Part shown: positions 62,608 through 64,000 of the stretch, one piece after another
Position numbering within the stretch: the first letter of the stretch is position 1
How the letters are laid out: every line of letters starts with the position of its first letter
Origin: Pelagomonas calceolata
Taxonomy: Eukaryota
Direction of reading: 5' to 3'
Length of the DNA: 64,000 nt
Assembly (NCBI GenBank): GCA_918797485.1
Contig: CAKKNE010000006.1
Span: forward strand, 1,550,001 to 1,614,000
Translations under genes and position numbers: made by a program
The notes under the pieces: generated by a model
What the model was told of the DNA's origin: nothing
Databases searched by the model: none
The model's input: the letters and a program-made list of their open reading frames with translations, nothing else

Positions 62608-63858
62608 ATGGAGGCGACGCTGCTCCCGCCGGCGGGCAAAGCCGCCGACCCCTACGCGTGCATCGGCACGAAGAACGCCAAGCACGTCCAGAACTGCCTC
62701 GAGCTGTACATGAACGACCGGGGCATCGACTACCTCCCCGAGGGCGTCTTCGAGCGCTTCATCGACCTGAAGTATCTGTGGCTCATGCGCAACAACCTCG
62801 CCAAGCTGGAAAATTTAGACGAGAACTTTCGCCTGCACTGCCTCTATCTCTCCAAGAATCGCCTCACGACCTTCGTCGACTCGTCGCTCGCGAAACTCAA
62901 GAACCTCGAGGAGCTCCACGCGAGCGACAACCAGCTGACGGACCTGCACGAGCACATCGAGGTGCTGAAGAAGTTGCGTCGTTTGAAACGCCTCGACCTC
63001 AAGGGCAACCCGCTGGCCCACGAGACGAAGTACCGGCTGCACGTGATCAAGCACATGCCCTGGCTGGAGGAGCTCGACCTGGTGACGGTGACGGACGCCG
63101 AGCGCGCCAAGGCGCGGCGCGTGACGCGGCCGACGTTCGACGCGACGCAGCCGCCGCCCCCGCAACTCACGGAAGAGGAGCGGCGCGCCGCGGCCGAGCG
63201 CGAGCGCGAGCGCGCGGAGAAGGCCGAAAGGCGGGCGGCCCGCGCGCTCGCGCCGATCAAGCGCCGCGTGCTCGAGAAGCGGATCCTGCTGCGACCGCAC
63301 TGGGCCGAGGACGATCGAAGGAAGCGCGGGCTTATCAATCGGGCCAAGTTCGAGCAAGTCCTCCGCATCTACGCGCTGTGGCCCGAGCGGGACCGGGACG
63401 TCAAGGCCCTCGTGGCGACCTATGCGGCCGGCGACGACGACATGGAATACGTGCGGTTCTGCAAGGACGTCGAGCCGCGCGGCCACCGGGGCCGCGACCC
63501 CTACATCCGGGAGCTGCTCGAGGCGGAGGCGAACGCGAGGCCGTGCCCCGAGGTCTCGGTGTGCATGCGCATGGCGCTGAACAAGGCCGCCAAGATTCGG
63601 CGGCGCCGCGCGGAGGCCGAGGAGGCGGCGAAGCTGGCGCTCCTGGGGCAGGGCCCGGCCGTCGCGGCGACCGAGCCCGGCGCGCCAGTGCGGGGGACGG
63701 CGCGGCCGCCCTGCGACGTCTTCACGCAGTTCGTCTACCCCGAGGCGGCCGGCGCGCAGCCCGTGACCAACACGCAGCAGTACTCCGACGGGCGCGAGGG
63801 GTTTTCTCGGAGGGGGCGGCCGCCGCCCGTCCCGTCGACCCGGACAATAACTCTCTAA
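62608..63858 (+). CDS. Leucine-rich-repeat protein (LRRC72/SDS22-like LRRs + LRRcap) with degenerate EF-hand-like region
   Basis: LKYLWLMRNNL, LYLSKNRL, LDLKGNPL..YRLHVI..MPWLEELD, and DDRRKRGLINRAKF / DDMEYVRF. Confidence 0.85.
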   Translation: MEATLLPPAGKAADPYACIGTKNAKHVQNCLELYMNDRGIDYLPEGVFERFIDLKYLWLMRNNLAKLENLDENFRLHCLYLSKNRLTTFVDSSLAKLKNLEELHASDNQLTDLHEHIEVLKKLRRLKRLDLKGNPLAHETKYRLHVIKHMPWLEELDLVTVTDAERAKARRVTRPTFDATQPPPPQLTEEERRAAAERERERAEKAERRAARALAPIKRRVLEKRILLRPHWAEDDRRKRGLINRAKFEQVLRIYALWPERDRDVKALVATYAAGDDDMEYVRFCKDVEPRGHRGRDPYIRELLEAEANARPCPEVSVCMRMALNKAAKIRRRRAEAEEAAKLALLGQGPAVAATEPGAPVRGTARPPCDVFTQFVYPEAAGAQPVTNTQQYSDGREGFSRRGRPPPVPSTRTITL

Positions 63859-64000
63859 ATAGACTGTTCGGTCACGCAGTCCCCGCGGCGGGTCGTGGCT
63901 AGGCGGCCTCGCTCTAAGAAAAGCAGACTAATATCTAAGACTAATAGATAAAGTTCGCGGTGGAGGCAAGTCAGGTAGCGCACCGTAAACTTGAAGGGCG

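Overview
This is gene-dense, GC-rich, almost intron-free eukaryotic DNA. It is most consistent with a pelagophyte alga (Pelagomonas/Aureococcus-like). That assignment is inferred from bipartite plastid-targeting presequences, a stramenopile mastigoneme-type EGF protein, and an ~210-nt CpG-palindromic intron. The window holds about 35 protein-coding genes. The left ~39 kb is largely housekeeping: PRP43, VIP1/PPIP5K, pyruvate kinase, UXS1, CYP38, RCC2-like, FKBP-TPR, clathrin light chain and a KH protein. It also has odd fusions: DnaJ+enoyl-reductase+Ser-less thioesterase, and a NodU-type carbamoyltransferase with a signal peptide and wHTH tail. The right part includes a ~12-kb block of four surface/secretory-pathway genes bracketed by a short direct repeat: tyrosinase+FG-GAP, a Dispatched-like RND carrying three SH3 and two EGF domains, a small type-I membrane protein and a GPI-like Cys-rich protein. 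Non-coding highlights are a clean 380-bp hAT-like MITE (17-bp TIR, 8-bp TSD), a recurrent oriented ~24-bp upstream motif CTAGTGYCTTAC-N-GCCGCTAGC, a GGTACC-palindrome motif, introner-like introns (one in-frame GC-AG inside the tyrosinase CuB site), a 50-bp tandem repeat and several small dispersed repeats. I recognised no rRNA, tRNA or CRISPR. All domain calls come from motif recognition by eye, not database searches.
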